Below, piece after piece: positions 28,148 through 63,115 of a DNA stretch of 64,000 bases. Within the stretch, counting starts at the first letter, position 1, and each line of letters begins with the position of its first letter. Origin of the DNA: the human T2T-CHM13v2.0 reference genome, Homo sapiens. The translations under genes were made by a program, and so were the position numbers. A model generated the notes under the pieces. The model saw nothing but the letters and a program-made list of their open reading frames with translations. It searched no databases and was not told the origin of the DNA. The stretch lies in the NCBI RefSeq assembly GCF_009914755.1, contig NC_060936.1. One strand, 5' to 3'.

Positions 28148-29667
28148 TGATGGCCAAGCTCGTTTTGAATTCCTGACCTCAAGTGATCCGCCCGCCTCAG
28201 CCTCCCAAAGTGCTAGGATTACAGGTATGAGCCACGGCACCTGGCCAGAATTTTTTAATAAGGAATTTTAGATTCGACTTTTAAAAGCCTGAAGGCTAGA
28301 AACCCACGTCAAAGATTTATCATCAGATTGTAACACCTATATGAATCTGGTGAATTCTTTTCTTCCCAAGGTCCTCAAAATACCTTGAAATTCCTAGACC
28401 TGGGCTGGGTGCGGTGGCCCATGCCCATAATCCCAGCACTTTGGGAGGCTGAGACATGCGAATCACTTGAGGCCAGGAGTTTGAGACCAGCCCGGTCAAC
28501 ACAGCAAAACCCCGTCTCTACTAAAAATACAAAAATTAGCCGGGCATGATGGTGGGCACCTATAATCCCAGCTTGAGAGGCTGAGGCTTGAAAATCACTT
28601 GCGCCTGGGAGGCAGAGGTTGCAGTGAGCTGAGAGCATGCCACTATACGCCAGCCTGGGTGATGGAGTGAGACACTGTCTTAAAAAAAAAAAAAAAAAAA
28701 GAATGAAAGAAATTCCTAGACCTGTCAGAAAGTGACATTCTTTACTTATCACAAGTCAGAAACCTTGTTAAGGGAAATATGTAGACAAGGTAGCAGGCCA
28801 GGCTTTCCAGGAGGCTTTATATCAACTCTGCAAAGTCTACTTCAATTCCTGAAAACAATTGGTCATATTTGAAAATATGCCAGTCCTGTCACAGCCTTAG
28901 TAAAATAAGGCTCCAATTGTGTCTCTTTACAAAAGAAAACGGATTCTTATTGAAATTTTTCAAATAACCATATTGCCATAAACTAAGAATCTTCACAAAC
29001 AGTTTCTGAATTCTGGAGAAATCAGGCAGAGAGAAAAGCAAATATTTTGATTTTGCTCATAGAAGTATAATTTACCCAATTGTTATAAACTATAAATAGC
29101 TCAAGGCCAAGTGCAGTGGTTCATGCCTGTAATCCCAGCACTTTGGGAAGCCAAGGCTGGTGAATCACTTGAGCCTAGGAGTTCCAGACCAGCATGAGCA
29201 ACATGGCAAAACCCCATCTCTACAAAAAATACAAAAATTATCCAGTGGCATGCATCTGTAGTCCCAGCTATTCAGGAGGCTGAGGAGGGAGGACTGATTG
29301 AGCCCATGAGCTCAATGCTGAAGTGAGCCATGATTTTGCCACTACACTCCAGCCTGGGTGACTGAGAGAGACTTTGTCTCAAAAACAAACATTAGGCCAC
29401 ACACAGTGGCTCATGCTGTAATCCCAGCACTTTGGGAGGCTGAAGCAGGTGTATCACTTGAGATCAGGAGTTCGAGACCAGCCTGGCCAACATGGTGAAA
29501 CCCTGTCTCTACTAAAACTAGGAAAATTAGCTGAGTGTGGTGGCACGCGACTGTAATCCCAGCTACTCAGGAGGCTGAGGGGCAAGAATCACTTTAACCT
29601 GGGAGGCAGGGGTTGCAGTGAGCCAAGATCACGCCACTCCACTCCAGGCTGGGTAACAGAGACTGTC

Positions 29668-29922
29668 TTTTTTTTTTTTTTTTTTTTTTAACAATCTGAT
29701 CTCTCTTTCTTTTCCCCACATTTTCCCCTTTTCTATTTGACAAAACCGCCATCGTCATCATGGCCCGTTCTCAACGAGCTGTTGGATACACCTCCCAGAC
29801 GGGGTGGCGGTTGGGCAGAGGGGCCCCTCACTTCCCAGACAGGGCAGCCTGGCAGAGGCGCCCCCCACCTCCCGGACAGGGCGGCTGGCCGGGCGGGGGC
29901 TGCCCCCCACCTCCCTCCCGGG
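29668..29922 (-). mobile_element. SVA fragment (VNTR end plus start of SINE-R) with poly(A), inserted into an Alu 3' end
   Basis: GC-rich VNTR units, GACAAAACCGCCATCGTCATCATGGCCCGTTCTC, and the LTR5-derived GATCAGATTGTTA next to a poly-T run. TSD CAGAGACT(CT)GTCT. Confidence 0.9.
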
Positions 29923-30680
29923 CAGAGACTCTGTCTCAAAAATAATAATAATAATGATAAAGGCTGGGTGCAGTGGCTCATGCCTGTAATCCCAACACTT
30001 TGGGAGGCCAAGGTGGGTGGATCACAAGATCAAGAGTTCAAGACAAGCCTGAGCAACATAGCAAGACCCCATCTCTGCAAAATCTTTTAAAAATAGCTAG
30101 GCGCCAGGCATGGTGGCATGACCCTGTAGTCCTAGCTACTCGGGAAACTGAGGTGGGAGGATCACTTGAGCCCAGAAGTAGTTCTAGGCTATAATGAGCA
30201 ATGATCATGACACTGTACCCTAGTCTGGGTGACAGATTGGGATCCTGCCTCTAAAAAACAAAACAAGGAGCCAGGTGCATTGGCTCATACCTGTCATCCC
30301 AGCATTTTGGGAGGCCAAGGTCAGAGGATTGTTTGAGCCCAGGAGTTCAAGACCAGTCTGGGCAACATAGTGAGACCACATCTCTATGAATATTGTTTAA
30401 ATTAGCCAGGCTTTGTGACATTAGCCAGCTAGTCAGGAGGCCAAGTAGTTTTTGCAGTTTAATTAAAAGGTAAGCAAAAATTGGCCAGGCGAGGTGGCTC
30501 ACGCCTGTAATCCCAGCACTTTGGGAGGCCGAGGCGGGTGGTTCACGAGGTCAGGAGATCGAGATCTGGCTAACACAGTGAAACCCCGTCTCTACTGAAA
30601 ATACAAAAAAAAATTAGCCAGCTGTGGTGGTGGATGCCTGTAGTCTCGGCTACTCTGGAGGCTAAGGCAGGAGAATGTCA

Positions 30681-30950
<270 letters not shown>

Positions 30951-31140
30951 TCACAAAAAAAAAAAAAAAAAAAAGTAAGCAAAAATCTTTTACTGTCTCT
31001 TAATACTGCACAAAAACCTTGTTTAAAAGAGAAAGCCAAATTCTATCTTTGCATGTGTATTATTAATGCCAAAGCTAATTTTAATAAACTCTTATAAACA
31101 AATCCATCCAATTTCAACCAATTTTGACCACACAAGGTAA

Positions 31141-31496
<356 letters not shown>

Positions 31497-31522
31497 TTTT
31501 CCAACTTTTTATACCCATTTAG

Positions 31523-31762
<240 letters not shown>

Positions 31763-32852
31763 TAGCCAGGATGGTCTTGATCTCCTGACCTCATGATCCG
31801 CCCGCCTCGGCTTCCCAAAGTGCTGGGATTACTTTGCATACAGAACTGTTTCTCTTGTATGTAGTAGTTTTTTGTTTGTTTTTTGTCTTTTTTCTTTTAT
31901 ATCTAGTAGTTTTAATTACACATATTCATTACAATGTTAGCTCTTAGTAACCCTAATTTTTAGTGTGAAACCTAGGAAGTAGGCAATTTTAATTATGTAC
32001 CAGATGCAGATCCCAGGGCAAAGGACAGATCTGTGAAGATGCTGCCTGGAGGATCCAGCCACTCCAGCATGGCCAGGAGGCACAGCTGGAATAGTGAGGA
32101 TGGGGCTGGGTGCTGTCCTCGGGCCTCACCAAGGCCACTTGTCTAGACCTGGAAATCTAAAGGCTCAAATTCAAAGACATAAGCTCACAGACAAAACAAG
32201 GAAGTATCAAAAAATATCAGAAGCAATAATTTTATGACCTTAAAATATCTAGCAGAGATAACATAAACTTGGTAGACTGATAGACCCAGGCAAAACAATG
32301 TCTAAATTAAATTTCGAAGATGTTTCTGTTTGATTTTTACCAATTTTTGAACAGGTTTTATTTACCAAAGATTATTAAAGTCACTTGAACTTGAAAAGCA
32401 TTTGGGCTTATTTACTTAATTTATGAGTTTTCATTTATTTATAATCTAGTTTGATATCATATAGACAATATATAAACATAGACATGTATACATATAACAT
32501 AAAGATACAAACAAACACAAATAAAGACTTTATATCTTTATTTTTTTTAATTTTAGCCATGAGACTGGTAAAACTCACTAGTTTTAAAAGGACAGTTGGA
32601 TTAAAACTCTGCCTTTGTGAATGGAAAAGGTTAAAGTGTATTTTTTTCAATCCTAATGCTTCTGTAATTCGTTTCACATGGCTGAAGCCCTGAGTTTTAG
32701 AGAAGACAAAGTGGCAAATTTATATCTCAAAGCACAGAAAGAAAATTTAAGCTTTTTGAAAAAGGAGTTTGGGTGTGTTAGAGAAAGATTAAAAATAAAT
32801 GCCATTCATAGCCTGCCAGGAATTTAAAAAAAAAAAAAAAGCACTGGACTCA

Positions 32853-33197
<345 letters not shown>

Positions 33198-33473
33198 TTA
33201 CAAGGAAACATATAGATGAGCCTAGAGGGAATTTAGAAATCTTATTAAAATAACCAGCTAAATCCCAGAAAGTTGTATTTTGGAGACTAACCTAGCTAAA
33301 CAGTTTTTAATTTAGTCTCTGTTTTCTCACTGCATTGCGAAACTCAGGTCAGCGCCCATTAATGAACAGGGCCAACAAAGCATTTGCAGTCTGGGGGGCC
33401 TAATAATTTAAATATGTGAAAGCAGGCACAGCTGGAAAACAGAGCACCCACCTCTTTAAATATTATATATATT

Positions 33474-33512
<39 letters not shown>

Positions 33513-33821
33513 TTTTAGACAGGGTCTTGCTCTGTTGCCCAGGCTGGAGTACAGTGGTGTGATCTCAGCTTACTGCAACCTCTACCTCCCAGGTTCAAGT
33601 GATTCTTGTGCCTCAGCCTCCTGGGTGAGTAGCTAGGGTTACAGGCATGCGCCACAATGCCTGGCTAATTTTTTGTATTTTTAGTAGAGATGGCGTTTTA
33701 CCATGTTAGCCACACTGGTCTCGAACTCCTGACCTCAGGTGATCCACCTGCCTCAGCCTCCCCAAGTGCTGGGATTACAGGCGTGAGCCACTGCGCCCGG
33801 CCTAAAAACCAAGATTTCTAA

Positions 33822-34270
<449 letters not shown>

Positions 34271-34626
34271 TGAGCCACTGCATCCGGCCTCCCCCTGGAA
34301 GTTTTATCCCTTGATGGTGAATGTTCTCATAGCCTCCAAGTGCACTAACCTGTAGTCTCCTGCAGTAACAATTATTTATCACAACTGAAGTCAACCACCT
34401 CCAAAACTGCAGCTCTTACCAGTGACTTGCCAGTCATCACAAACACAAAGGTTAAGTTATCTCATAGTACAGAGTAACCCCTGGTACCTCCAAAAGTCAA
34501 AGACAGGCCGGGCGCAGTGGCTCACGCCTGTAATCCCAGCACTTTGGGAGGCCGAGGCAGGTGGATCACCTGAAGTCCAGAGTTCGAGACCAGCCTGACC
34601 AACAAGGAGAAACCCCATCTCTACTA

Positions 34627-34785
<159 letters not shown>

Positions 34786-34951
34786 TCACAAAAAAAAAAA
34801 AAAAGTCAAAGACATCAGGTAACTCAATACAAAGCTTTAAACCTGAGAAGAATATGTCCACCATTCTTCAGACTCCATAGGAAGAGAGAAGACCCAAAAA
34901 AAGGGGTTAGTGGTGCCTTTTTCTGTGTTCCTTAAAGGGTCTGAGTCACTA

Positions 34952-35137
<186 letters not shown>

Positions 35138-35427
35138 CTACTTGGGAGGCTCAGGTGGGAGGATCACTTGAGCCCAGAGGTCAAGACTGCAGTGAGCCAT
35201 AATTACGCCACTGCACTCCAGCCTGGGTGACAGAGTGAGACTCTGTCTCAAAAAATAAATAAAATAAAATAAAAGTCCCCTCTAGATCCTTTCCTGTGTT
35301 AATGAAGGGGAAAGAGAAGCAGGGAGAAGTAGAAGTAAACGGGAGAGCAATCCTTAAGAAAGTAAGAGAACAGAGATACCAAGCACATAATTTTCTCTCT
35401 TTTTTTTTTTTTTTTTTTTTTTTGTGA

Positions 35428-35619
<192 letters not shown>

Positions 35620-36294
35620 TGATCTCAAACTCCTGATCTCGTGATTCACCCACCTCGGCCTCCCAAAGTGCTGGGATTACAGGTGTGAGCCACCACGCCT
35701 GGCCCAAACACATAATTTTCAAAAGGGATTTCAGGGCTGGATGTGGTGGCTCACACCTGTAATCCCAGCACTTTGGGAAGCCAAGGTGGGCAGATCACTT
35801 GAGGCCAGGAGTTTGAGACCAGCCTGGCCAACATGGGAAATCCCCATCTCTACTAAAAATACAAAAATTAGCTGGGTGTGGTGGCACGCACCTGTAATCC
35901 CAGCTACTCTGGAGGCAGAGGTTTCAATGAGTCAAGATCACACCACTGCACCCCAGCCTGTGCAACAGAGCGAGACTCCATCTCAAACAAACAAATAAAT
36001 AAAGAGGGGTTTCAAGGCTGGACATGGTGGCTCATACCTGTAATCCCAGCACTTTAGGAGGCCAAAGTGGGAGGATCATTTGAGGCCAGGACAACATAGC
36101 AAGGCCTTCTCTACAAAACATTTTTTAAAAAATTAGCCAGGCATAGTGATACTCACCTGTATTCTCAGCTACTTGGGAGGCTGAGGTGGGAGGATCACCT
36201 GAGTCTGGGAGTGGTCCTAGGCTACAGTGACCTATAATCATGCCATTTCACTCCAATCTGGGTGACAAAGTGAGACCCTGTTTCAAAAATTAAA

Positions 36295-39440
<3,146 letters not shown>

Positions 39441-39502
39441 TGGCATGCTGAGCAGTAGTCTATTTTAGGTCAATTTTTGTTCTTTAATTTTTTTCAAGAT
39501 AA

Positions 39503-39790
<288 letters not shown>

Positions 39791-40259
39791 TGAGCCACCG
39801 AGCCCAGCCAAGAGAATTCCTAAGACTAGCCATGACATGATTATGTGTCTTTCTTTTAATTTACTCTCATAAATACAAATAAGGCAATTATTTAGAATGA
39901 GAAATCTCTATAATCTTTTTTTTTTAATTGAGGGATCTTTCTGATTTCAGGGATCCATTTTTTGGCCACTGATTAGAATTGCCAATGATGCATTTATTCC
40001 AATAGTGACACAATCCAATAGTCTCTTCATGGAAAAACCATGATGTAATTTTCCAGGTTTAGAAAAAGAGGTGTTTCCTAGAGAGCAGTATAAAAGGCAA
40101 TCCTAAAGATTTCCACCCAAAAATTCACTCCCAGGAATAGGCTGAGATAACAAAGACTCTTGTTGCCACAGACAGTTAAGAATGGTGTTTCTGCATACAG
40201 TTCCTTCGGTAACCCACAAATTTGTGGGGGGCGGGGAGCTGGCAGTCACAGACTCATTA

Positions 40260-40667
<408 letters not shown>

Positions 40668-41317
40668 TTATTATTAAGACAAACTCTACTGAGAGCTTGA
40701 CACATTCAGAACAAAAAGTTTGTTGCTTAAAATCTTACATATCTTGGGTTCCCAGCCATTTTCAGACTGGCGACCTGACATGGCCTGAAAATCACAGCCC
40801 CTCAGATGGCAGAAACTAAGAGAAAGTGCTCCCACTCGGTCACACATCAAGCTCTCAAGGACATAAAACAAGATGAGAGGGGAACTTCCCTGGGCTTATA
40901 TTTTGGGGACCCACAGCAAAATTTATATGCCAGTCTGATCAGAACCACAAAACTGACCAGTCTGCAGGGTCAGCTTGAATAATGGGCTTCTGTGGTACCT
41001 CTCTTTATGACAGAGCAACACAGAAAGACAAAGACAAAGGAAAAAACTATTTCTTGGAGGAAAGAGATCAAACAATATGAATATTCATACCAAAAAGTAC
41101 ACCAGAATGGCTATACTCAAGATTTAGTCACACAAATTCTTTTCTCCCATTAGACTTTGCAGAGGAAAAAGGGACAAACAGTGATTTTTACCATCTGCCT
41201 GACAGAATTCCACAGAAAGAGAGGCTGCAAGCCTGACCGAGAAATTCTTAGCCTTCTTCTGGCTTGTCATGTACTGAGTTCCCTTCACTGTGGCTTCCAG
41301 AAGAGTGGAGCTTTGGT

Positions 41318-41335
41318 ATTCTGTTCACAGTGCCA
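41318..41335 (-). other. Retroviral primer-binding site (tRNA-Ser-like)
   Basis: Minus-strand TGGCACTGTGAACAGAAT lies 4 nt after the LTR end. It matches the recalled tRNA-Ser(CGA) complement TGGCGCTGTGAGCAGGAT at 15/18 positions. Confidence 0.7.
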
Positions 41336-41339
41336 AAAG

Positions 41340-42486
<1,147 letters not shown>

Positions 42487-42831
42487 GTGTTCTCCACCAA
42501 AAAGAATTAAGCCAAGATAGAGGAAAATATGAAGGCCAGGAAATGAGATTCTACCCATGAGATGGGTGAAGATCATCGCTACAATGTGGCAAAGGGAAAT
42601 TCCAGGATATCAACAATGTAGCAGGCCCAGTTCTGAGGCCTCAGCAGCCAGTCCCAACTAAAAGGCATAAAGGTAGGCCCCAGAGGGATGTCACCAAGGA
42701 GAAACAACGGAATCAATAGATTATCTAGGCAGCCACTCCAAATCTATTCTAGAATCTTCGAGTTCTGGTGGGCTGCCTGTAAAAAGGAAACGAAAAGAAA
42801 GAAAAGAAAAAAAAAAGATTATCTAAGGATT

Positions 42832-47800
<4,969 letters not shown>

Positions 47801-48772
47801 TAGAAAACAATACTGCCCAGTCTGGGCCTAATTAGGAGAAAGAAACCACACAGTAATTTGAACAAAAAAAGTTTAATATACCAAAGGGCAGAAAAGAAAC
47901 TGTGATGCCACACCCTCAGGACTTGCTGGAAGTCTGCCCTGTAATGTGTCAGAGAAAACTATTCATGAGAAGATGCCTCACCTTTTGCTACAAAACCATC
48001 CAAGAAGGGGAATGCCATGGAAACTGCTGAGCTCTGGGCACTGCTTGCCACCATGCACTGCAGGAGCCAGGCACTGGAGAAGCCTTGCAAAATGCCGGAG
48101 CACATCAGAACCAGGAAACAAAAGACCTTCCTCCTGTAATGTCTCTGCAGTGCTCTCTTCTGATAAAGCTTCAGTGCCTACTGGCAAAGGAAAACTACTC
48201 AAAGCATCCCCATTCATTTCTTTTTCTTTTTCTTTTTTTTTTTTTTTGAGACGGAGTCTCGCCCTGCCACCCAGGCTGGAGTGCAATGGTGTGATCTCGG
48301 CTCACTGCAATCTCTGCCTCCCAGCTTCAAGCGATTCTCCTGCCTCATCCTCCTGAGTAGCTGAGATTACAGGCGCACGCCACCATGCCCGGCTACTTTT
48401 TGGATCTTTAGTAGAGATGGGGTTTCATCATGTTGGCTAGGCTGGTCTTGAACTCCTGACCTCGTGATCCACTCACCTTGGCCTCCTGAAGTGCTGGGAT
48501 TACAGGCTTGAGCCACTGCTCCCTGCCATACCCCCATTCATTTTTACAGAGCAGGCCAAAAGGGTGAATTTGGAGCTAAGAGACAAAAAAAAATCAATAA
48601 CCATCTCGGGGTTGACCTCTGTTGATTATCTTTTCCCTTGATAATTAGTCATATTTTCCTGCTTTATGTGTGTGTTGAAGACTTTTGGACTATGTCCTAG
48701 ACATTGTGAATGTTATGTTATACAGACTCTGTTTGTTATATTCTTCTTAAGATTGTTGATGTTTCTTTCTTT

Positions 48773-48811
<39 letters not shown>

Positions 48812-49898
48812 TTGAGATGGAGTCTCACTCTGTTGCCAGGCTGGAGTGCAGTGGCACGATCTCAGCTCACTGAAATCTCCACCTCCCAGGTTCAAGTGAT
48901 TCTCCTGCCTCAGCCTACCGACTAGCTGGGATTACAGGCGCATGCCACCACACCCAGCTAATTTTTTTGTATTTTTAGTAGAGACAGAGTTTCACCATGT
49001 TGGCCAGGATGGTCTCAATCTCCTGACCTCATGATCTACCCACCTTGGCCTCCCAAAGTGCTGTGATTACAGGGGTGAGCCACCACACCTGGCCAGAGTG
49101 TTGATGTTTCTGTTTGTGTAAAAAATAGGTTCTCTCTCACCTATGGTGGTGGGTGGTAGCTCGGATCTCAGGGTAAAATTTTAAGGCTGAAATTATTTTA
49201 GCCTTAACTGCCAGCTTCTCTCAGATCAGCCAGAGACTTAGTATTTATAAGCAGATTTGGGGGCCCCCATTTCCTGGTTTTCTTCTTTCTGGCATTGCCT
49301 CCTCACTTTCCCATGACTGTGTGTGCCCTGAGCTCTGAACTCTGGTTCTTCAGGCCAGACAGATGGTGGGTTTTTCATCAAAGTTTTAGCTGTCTCATTT
49401 CACACCATGATGTGGTATGCCCTTAGTCTAACAACATACAAATGGGAAACTCACCCTGGACCAAGTCCTTCATCCAACTTTCAACTCTCCTCCTAAATAT
49501 GCCTGCTTTGGCTAACTCTCCAGAGCCTTCAGGTCGTTGTTTTGTTTTGTGTCCTCAGTTTATGTTGTTATCTGCAGAAAGGTAGGGCTGTTAGAAATTT
49601 CACTATTCTGGAAGAAGAAACCACTATACCTTTGTTGTTTTTATTAGTAAAGAAATTGCCTATTAAGAAGTAAGTTATAAACATCAATATATAGTGGGTC
49701 ATAACAGAGCTAGGCAAAGCTATCAATTAAGGAAATAGAACAGTCCCCAGGCTAGAACAAGATGAAAAAGAAAAACTAAGCCAACCAAAGTAGTTTTGTA
49801 AGCCATGGAAGCATCAAAAAGCAGAGCCACAGACAGGCCAGGCACGTTGGCTCACACCTGTAATCCCAGCACTTTGGGAGGCCAAGGCAGGCAGATCA

Positions 49899-50541
<643 letters not shown>

Positions 50542-50595
50542 TCACACAATGGCAGCCTGATGTCTTCAATCTTTCTAGCGGTATAACTCACTCCC

Positions 50596-50980
50596 TGTAT
50601 TAGTCCATTTTGCATTGCTATAACGGAATACCTAAGACTGGGTAATTTACAAAGAAAGGAGGTTAATTTGACTCACGGCCCTGCAGGCAGTACAAATATG
50701 GCACCAGTGAGGTCTTCCGAAGCTTTTACTCATGGCAGAAGGTGACGGGAGCAGTCGTGTCACATGGCGAGAGAGGAAGCAAGAGAGATTCCAGGCTCTT
50801 TTAAATAACCGGCTTTTGTGTGAGCTAATAGAGTGAGAACTCATTCATTACCATGGGGAGGGCACCAAGCCATTCATGAGGGATCTGCCCGCATGACCCA
50901 AACACCCACCTCCAGCCTCCAACATTGAAGGTCACATTTCAACATGAGATTTGGAGGGGACACACATCTAAACCAGGTCA
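50596..50980 (-). mobile_element. MST/THE1-type MaLR solo LTR with 5-bp TSD CTCCC
   Basis: TGTATTAGTCCATTTTGCATTGCTATAA...CAACATGAGATTTGGAGGGGAC...TCA, with CTCCC on both sides. Confidence 0.88.
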
Positions 50981-51004
50981 CTCCCCTAGTCCCAATTTCC
51001 ATGC

Positions 51005-52012
<1,008 letters not shown>

Positions 52013-52403
52013 ATACTCACCAAGTAACCTTCTGAATATAATTTGGTGAACCAAGGAGCAATGTTTGTGGGCAGTGAGAGTGCTGGTTGTGCTGACTCAA
52101 GTGTTCTATTCCTCATGGTAGGTTTGGTTTGTATAAAATGATAAACTGACATTCTAATTTATATGTTCTAGTTTATAAATCAGCCTTGTAAGCTTGACTA
52201 ATATGGGTCTATCCTCAAGAATTGGATCTACTGTCTGTGCTGACAAAACCAGATGTCTGTAGGGATATTGGCAAGATCCAGACCATGGTCAACACATCAG
52301 GAAAAGAAATACTATTTTGTTGAGGTATCTTGAGAAGTACATACCTGGTTTCTCCTCATTTTCCATGATCTTACCATCAGTTCTCTATTTCAAAACTTCA
52401 TCA

Positions 52404-52547
<144 letters not shown>

Positions 52548-53004
52548 TTAAAAATCAGCCCAGGCATTGTGGTGCATGCCTGTAGTCCTAGCTACTTGGG
52601 TGGCTGAGGTGAGAGGATTGCTTGAGCACAGTAGGTGGAAGTTGCAGTGAGCTGAGATCACGCCACGGCACTCCAGCCCAGGAGACAGAGGGAGACTCTG
52701 TCTCAAAAAGAAAAAAAAAAAAGAACTGAGATTTGAACCCGGTATTCTGAGAGCAAACCCTGGGAACTAGATTTGTTCAAAAAACAAACAGCTATATTAT
52801 GTTTCATTATACACTAGGTACCAAGAATCATGGATTTAGAAATGGATAAGACTAGTCATTTCTACAGCCATGAGGAGCTCCTAACCTAGTAGGAATAAAT
52901 AGAAATAATTCGCTGAATTTGCCTTTGTATTTTAGTGTTTGAGGATTGTTACAGCCTGCACTTTATTATCTGAAACACTATTGTTAGATAAGGCATTGTT
53001 TTTA

Positions 53005-53465
<461 letters not shown>

Positions 53466-53844
53466 TCACGCCACTGCGCTCTACCCTAGGCGACAAGAGC
53501 AAGATCCATCTCAAAAAAAAAATTATCCTTTTACAACATAGTTCTTTATTTTTTTTTCTAATCTATCTTCAGATAGAATAGTGGGTTTTGGGGTTTTTTT
53601 TGGTGGCTATATGGCATTTTATTGTATATCATATTATATTTCACCAGTGGTCTGTTTGGGGACATTAAAATTGAATTCTTTGTTTTTGTTTTGTTTTGTT
53701 CCATTTTGTTTTGTAAAACTACTCTTTAAAAATCCATATGACTAAATCTTTACACATCTCATTTTTTCCTTAGGAAAAATTCTTAGTATAATTACTGTGT
53801 CAAAGAAAATGTACCATCTTAGCTCTCTGGTTTTTAATTTTTTC

Positions 53845-54640
53845 CTTATTTTTTAATTGTGATAAAATATACATAACATAAAATGTACCATTTTAACCAT
53901 CTTTTTGTCTGTGTGTGAGACTGAGTCTCACTCTGTCACCCAGGCTGGGTATAGTGACATACTTGTAGCTCACTGCAGTCTTGATCTTCTGGGGTCAAGC
54001 ATTCCTCTCACCCCAGCCTCCTGAGTAGCTAGGACTACAGGCATGCACCACCATGCCTAGCTAATTTTTTAATGTTTTTATAGAAATGGGTTCTTGCTAT
54101 ATTACCCAGGCTGGTCTCAAACTCCTGACCTCAAGCAATCCTCCTGCCTCAGCCTCCCAAAGTGCTGGGAAAACAGGCATGAGCCACCACACTTGGCCAT
54201 TTTAACTGTATTTAAGTGTATAATGCAGTGGCATTAAGTACATTCACAATGTGTTGTAACCATCACACGATTTCTAGAACTCTTCAATTATCCCAAACAA
54301 AAACTCTATATCCATAAAGCAATAACTCTCAATTCTCCCTCCTAGTCCTTGGCAACCGCTATTCTACTTATATCTATGAATACATCTATTCTAAGTACCT
54401 CTTATAAGTAGAATCATACAATATTTTTCCTTTTCTGTCTGGTTTATTTCACTTAGCATAATATTTTTAAAGTTCATCCACATTGAAGCAAGTTTCATAA
54501 TTGTATTCCTTTTCGTGGCTGAACAGTATTCCATCCTATGTATATACCACATTTTGTTTAACTATTCATCTGTTGATGGATAATTAACAGATGGGTTAAC
54601 CAACTTGGGTTGTTTGTGCTTTTTGGCTATCGGCCTCTAA
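53845..54640 (-). mobile_element. L1MB-like 3' end
   Basis: CATAAAATGTACCATTTTAACC...GTGGCATTAAGTACATTCACAATG...TTTCACTTAGCATAAT. Confidence 0.75.
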
Positions 54641-54710
54641 TACTTTTAACAAACTGTCCATACAAGAAATTTGCACCACCAGAAATATGTGAATGTACCC
54701 ATTTCCCTGA

Positions 54711-54923
<213 letters not shown>

Positions 54924-55229
54924 TAGTAGAGACAGGGTTTTACCATGTTGGTCAGGCTGATCTCAAACTCCTGACCTCAAGTGATCCGCCTGCCTTGACC
55001 TCCAAAATGCTGGGATTACAGGTGTGAGCCACCATGCCCAGCCTCTTTTTATTTAAACAACACAATAGTAAAGTATATCTTATTGCTGTTTTACTTTTCC
55101 TTTCTAACAAAGACGCATTCCATATATGGGAACAAAGATAACAATGTAAGTCTAAAGACAATAGAATGACACCTTTGAAGTATTAAAAAATGTGAACCTA
55201 AAATGTTATACCCAGTGAAAATGGAATTG

Positions 55230-58350
<3,121 letters not shown>

Positions 58351-59394
58351 CCCAACCGTCTCAATAGAAATTGTCTCTTTAAGTACTTTGCCTGTTTTTC
58401 TGTTGGAGTAGTTGTCTTTTCTTGTTGATTTGCAACAGCTCTTTGTATATTAAAATATAAATTCTTTGTTATATAATATAGCCTTTGTTATATATAAATG
58501 TTATGCTTAGGAAACGTTTCCCTTTCCAAAAGAGTGTTGTGACAAGCAAGATAAGAGGAATAGCATAAACTTAGACCCTGAGGTAGAAAAGCATTAGCTA
58601 TGTTCAGGAAGTAGTAAGTAGGTGGGTTTGTCTGTAAAAGGCACTTAAGGGAATTATACGGTATAAGATTGAAAGAGTAATTTAGGACCAGAACATAGTG
58701 TGCCTTGATTATTCAATGGACGAACTTAGTCTCCACCAGGTAGAGCAAAGTGAACTACTAAAGGTGGTTGTTCAATGAAATGTACCATCAACATTGGGCT
58801 TTAGGGAAGTAAATCTTGTTGAAAATCAAAGTGTTTAGGACATACTGGGGAAGTGGGTGGTGGGGAGAGACCTAAGTTGAAGACCAGTTAGTGTGGACCA
58901 CTGGTTTGTAGTAGTCCAAATGAGAAGTAACTAAGATATCCACCTGGGTAATAAAAATATTGATACAAATTATTATGATCACCATAAAAGCTCATAGCCT
59001 CAGGCTTCCTTCAGTGTTTGGTTTTTAGACAAGTTGAATTTTAAGCATCAACACCAAAATAGGAGATATCTGATGGTTTTAGAGAGATGACTGGGCTAGA
59101 AAAAGATTGGGCATTATTAGCATAGATGTAATTATTGAAATCACAGGAGTAAATGAAGACACCAAGGGAGACTTGAGTACAGCAGAAATGTGTGGATTTT
59201 CAGGATGTTAGAGAGATACTATTAATTTTTCCAGACTCAGCCTTGGCCTCCATGTCATCTCCTCTGGGAAGCCTTCCCTGAGCACCATCTCCCCATCCCC
59301 ATCTTCATAGCTGACTGAAGAGTCCACTCTCAGCCGGGCGTGGTGGCTCACACCTGTAATCACAGCAATTTGGGAGGCTGAAGTGGGTGGATCA

Positions 59395-59722
<328 letters not shown>

Positions 59723-60603
59723 CTAGAAAGGAAAATTTATTCAACTTTCTATTATTCTGGCCTATAGAATGCTCTTGAAAAATGTTTTTATATTCAATAT
59801 TTTCATTTATTCAAATTCTATGACTTGTTGCTTTCCCAAAGAAGAGATCCTTTAACATTTCCTTTTTCTCCTCCTCTCAGCCAATTATATTACCCCACAC
59901 AGCCAGTTGTTCATTTGGGGTATAACCCCTATCCCTTCCACTGCAATAGAACATCTTCTTTAATCTCCAGGAGAGAATGGAATGCATTCCTGATCTTTAA
60001 GAGGTGGCAATATTGACCAAAAAATGTACCTGCTTCATCTTAGATTTTCTATCCTCCTCAATTTGTTCATCTAGGTTATATTTGGGAAGGAGAGGAAGAT
60101 CTAGATACCCTTTCCTGAAATTATTGGGAGCCTGGGGAGAAAAAATTATCTAACAAAATAAACCTATCTGCTACTCTGAAAAAAAGCTGGAGTTTAGGGT
60201 CAAGGTAACTTGCAAACATTGGCTCCTCCTAGTACGACCTAGTGGACAATAATAAACTAACACATAGGTTCTGAGCCCATGAAAGTAAATGACCAGTCCT
60301 AAAACAACTCACTTCCAGATCCCTAGAATCTTGCTATTTGCACATCATGAGAGAATCACATGCAAGGCGGAGAGCAAGATTAAATAAATAGCCTTAGAAA
60401 TAGAAAAGAAAGTCAAGGGATAATTTAATTTGCCATAAACTACACGGGCCCATTGGGGAAGTAATTAAAATAATATCCTTCTACCTCACACATCCCAAAT
60501 ATAGGAACCAGAAGAAGGAAAGGATGCGTGATACCTCAGCCTCTCACAATTGATTGTTATCAGTGGCTATCAAATTTATTATATATATATATAGTATTAT
60601 GTA

Positions 60604-63115
<2,512 letters not shown>

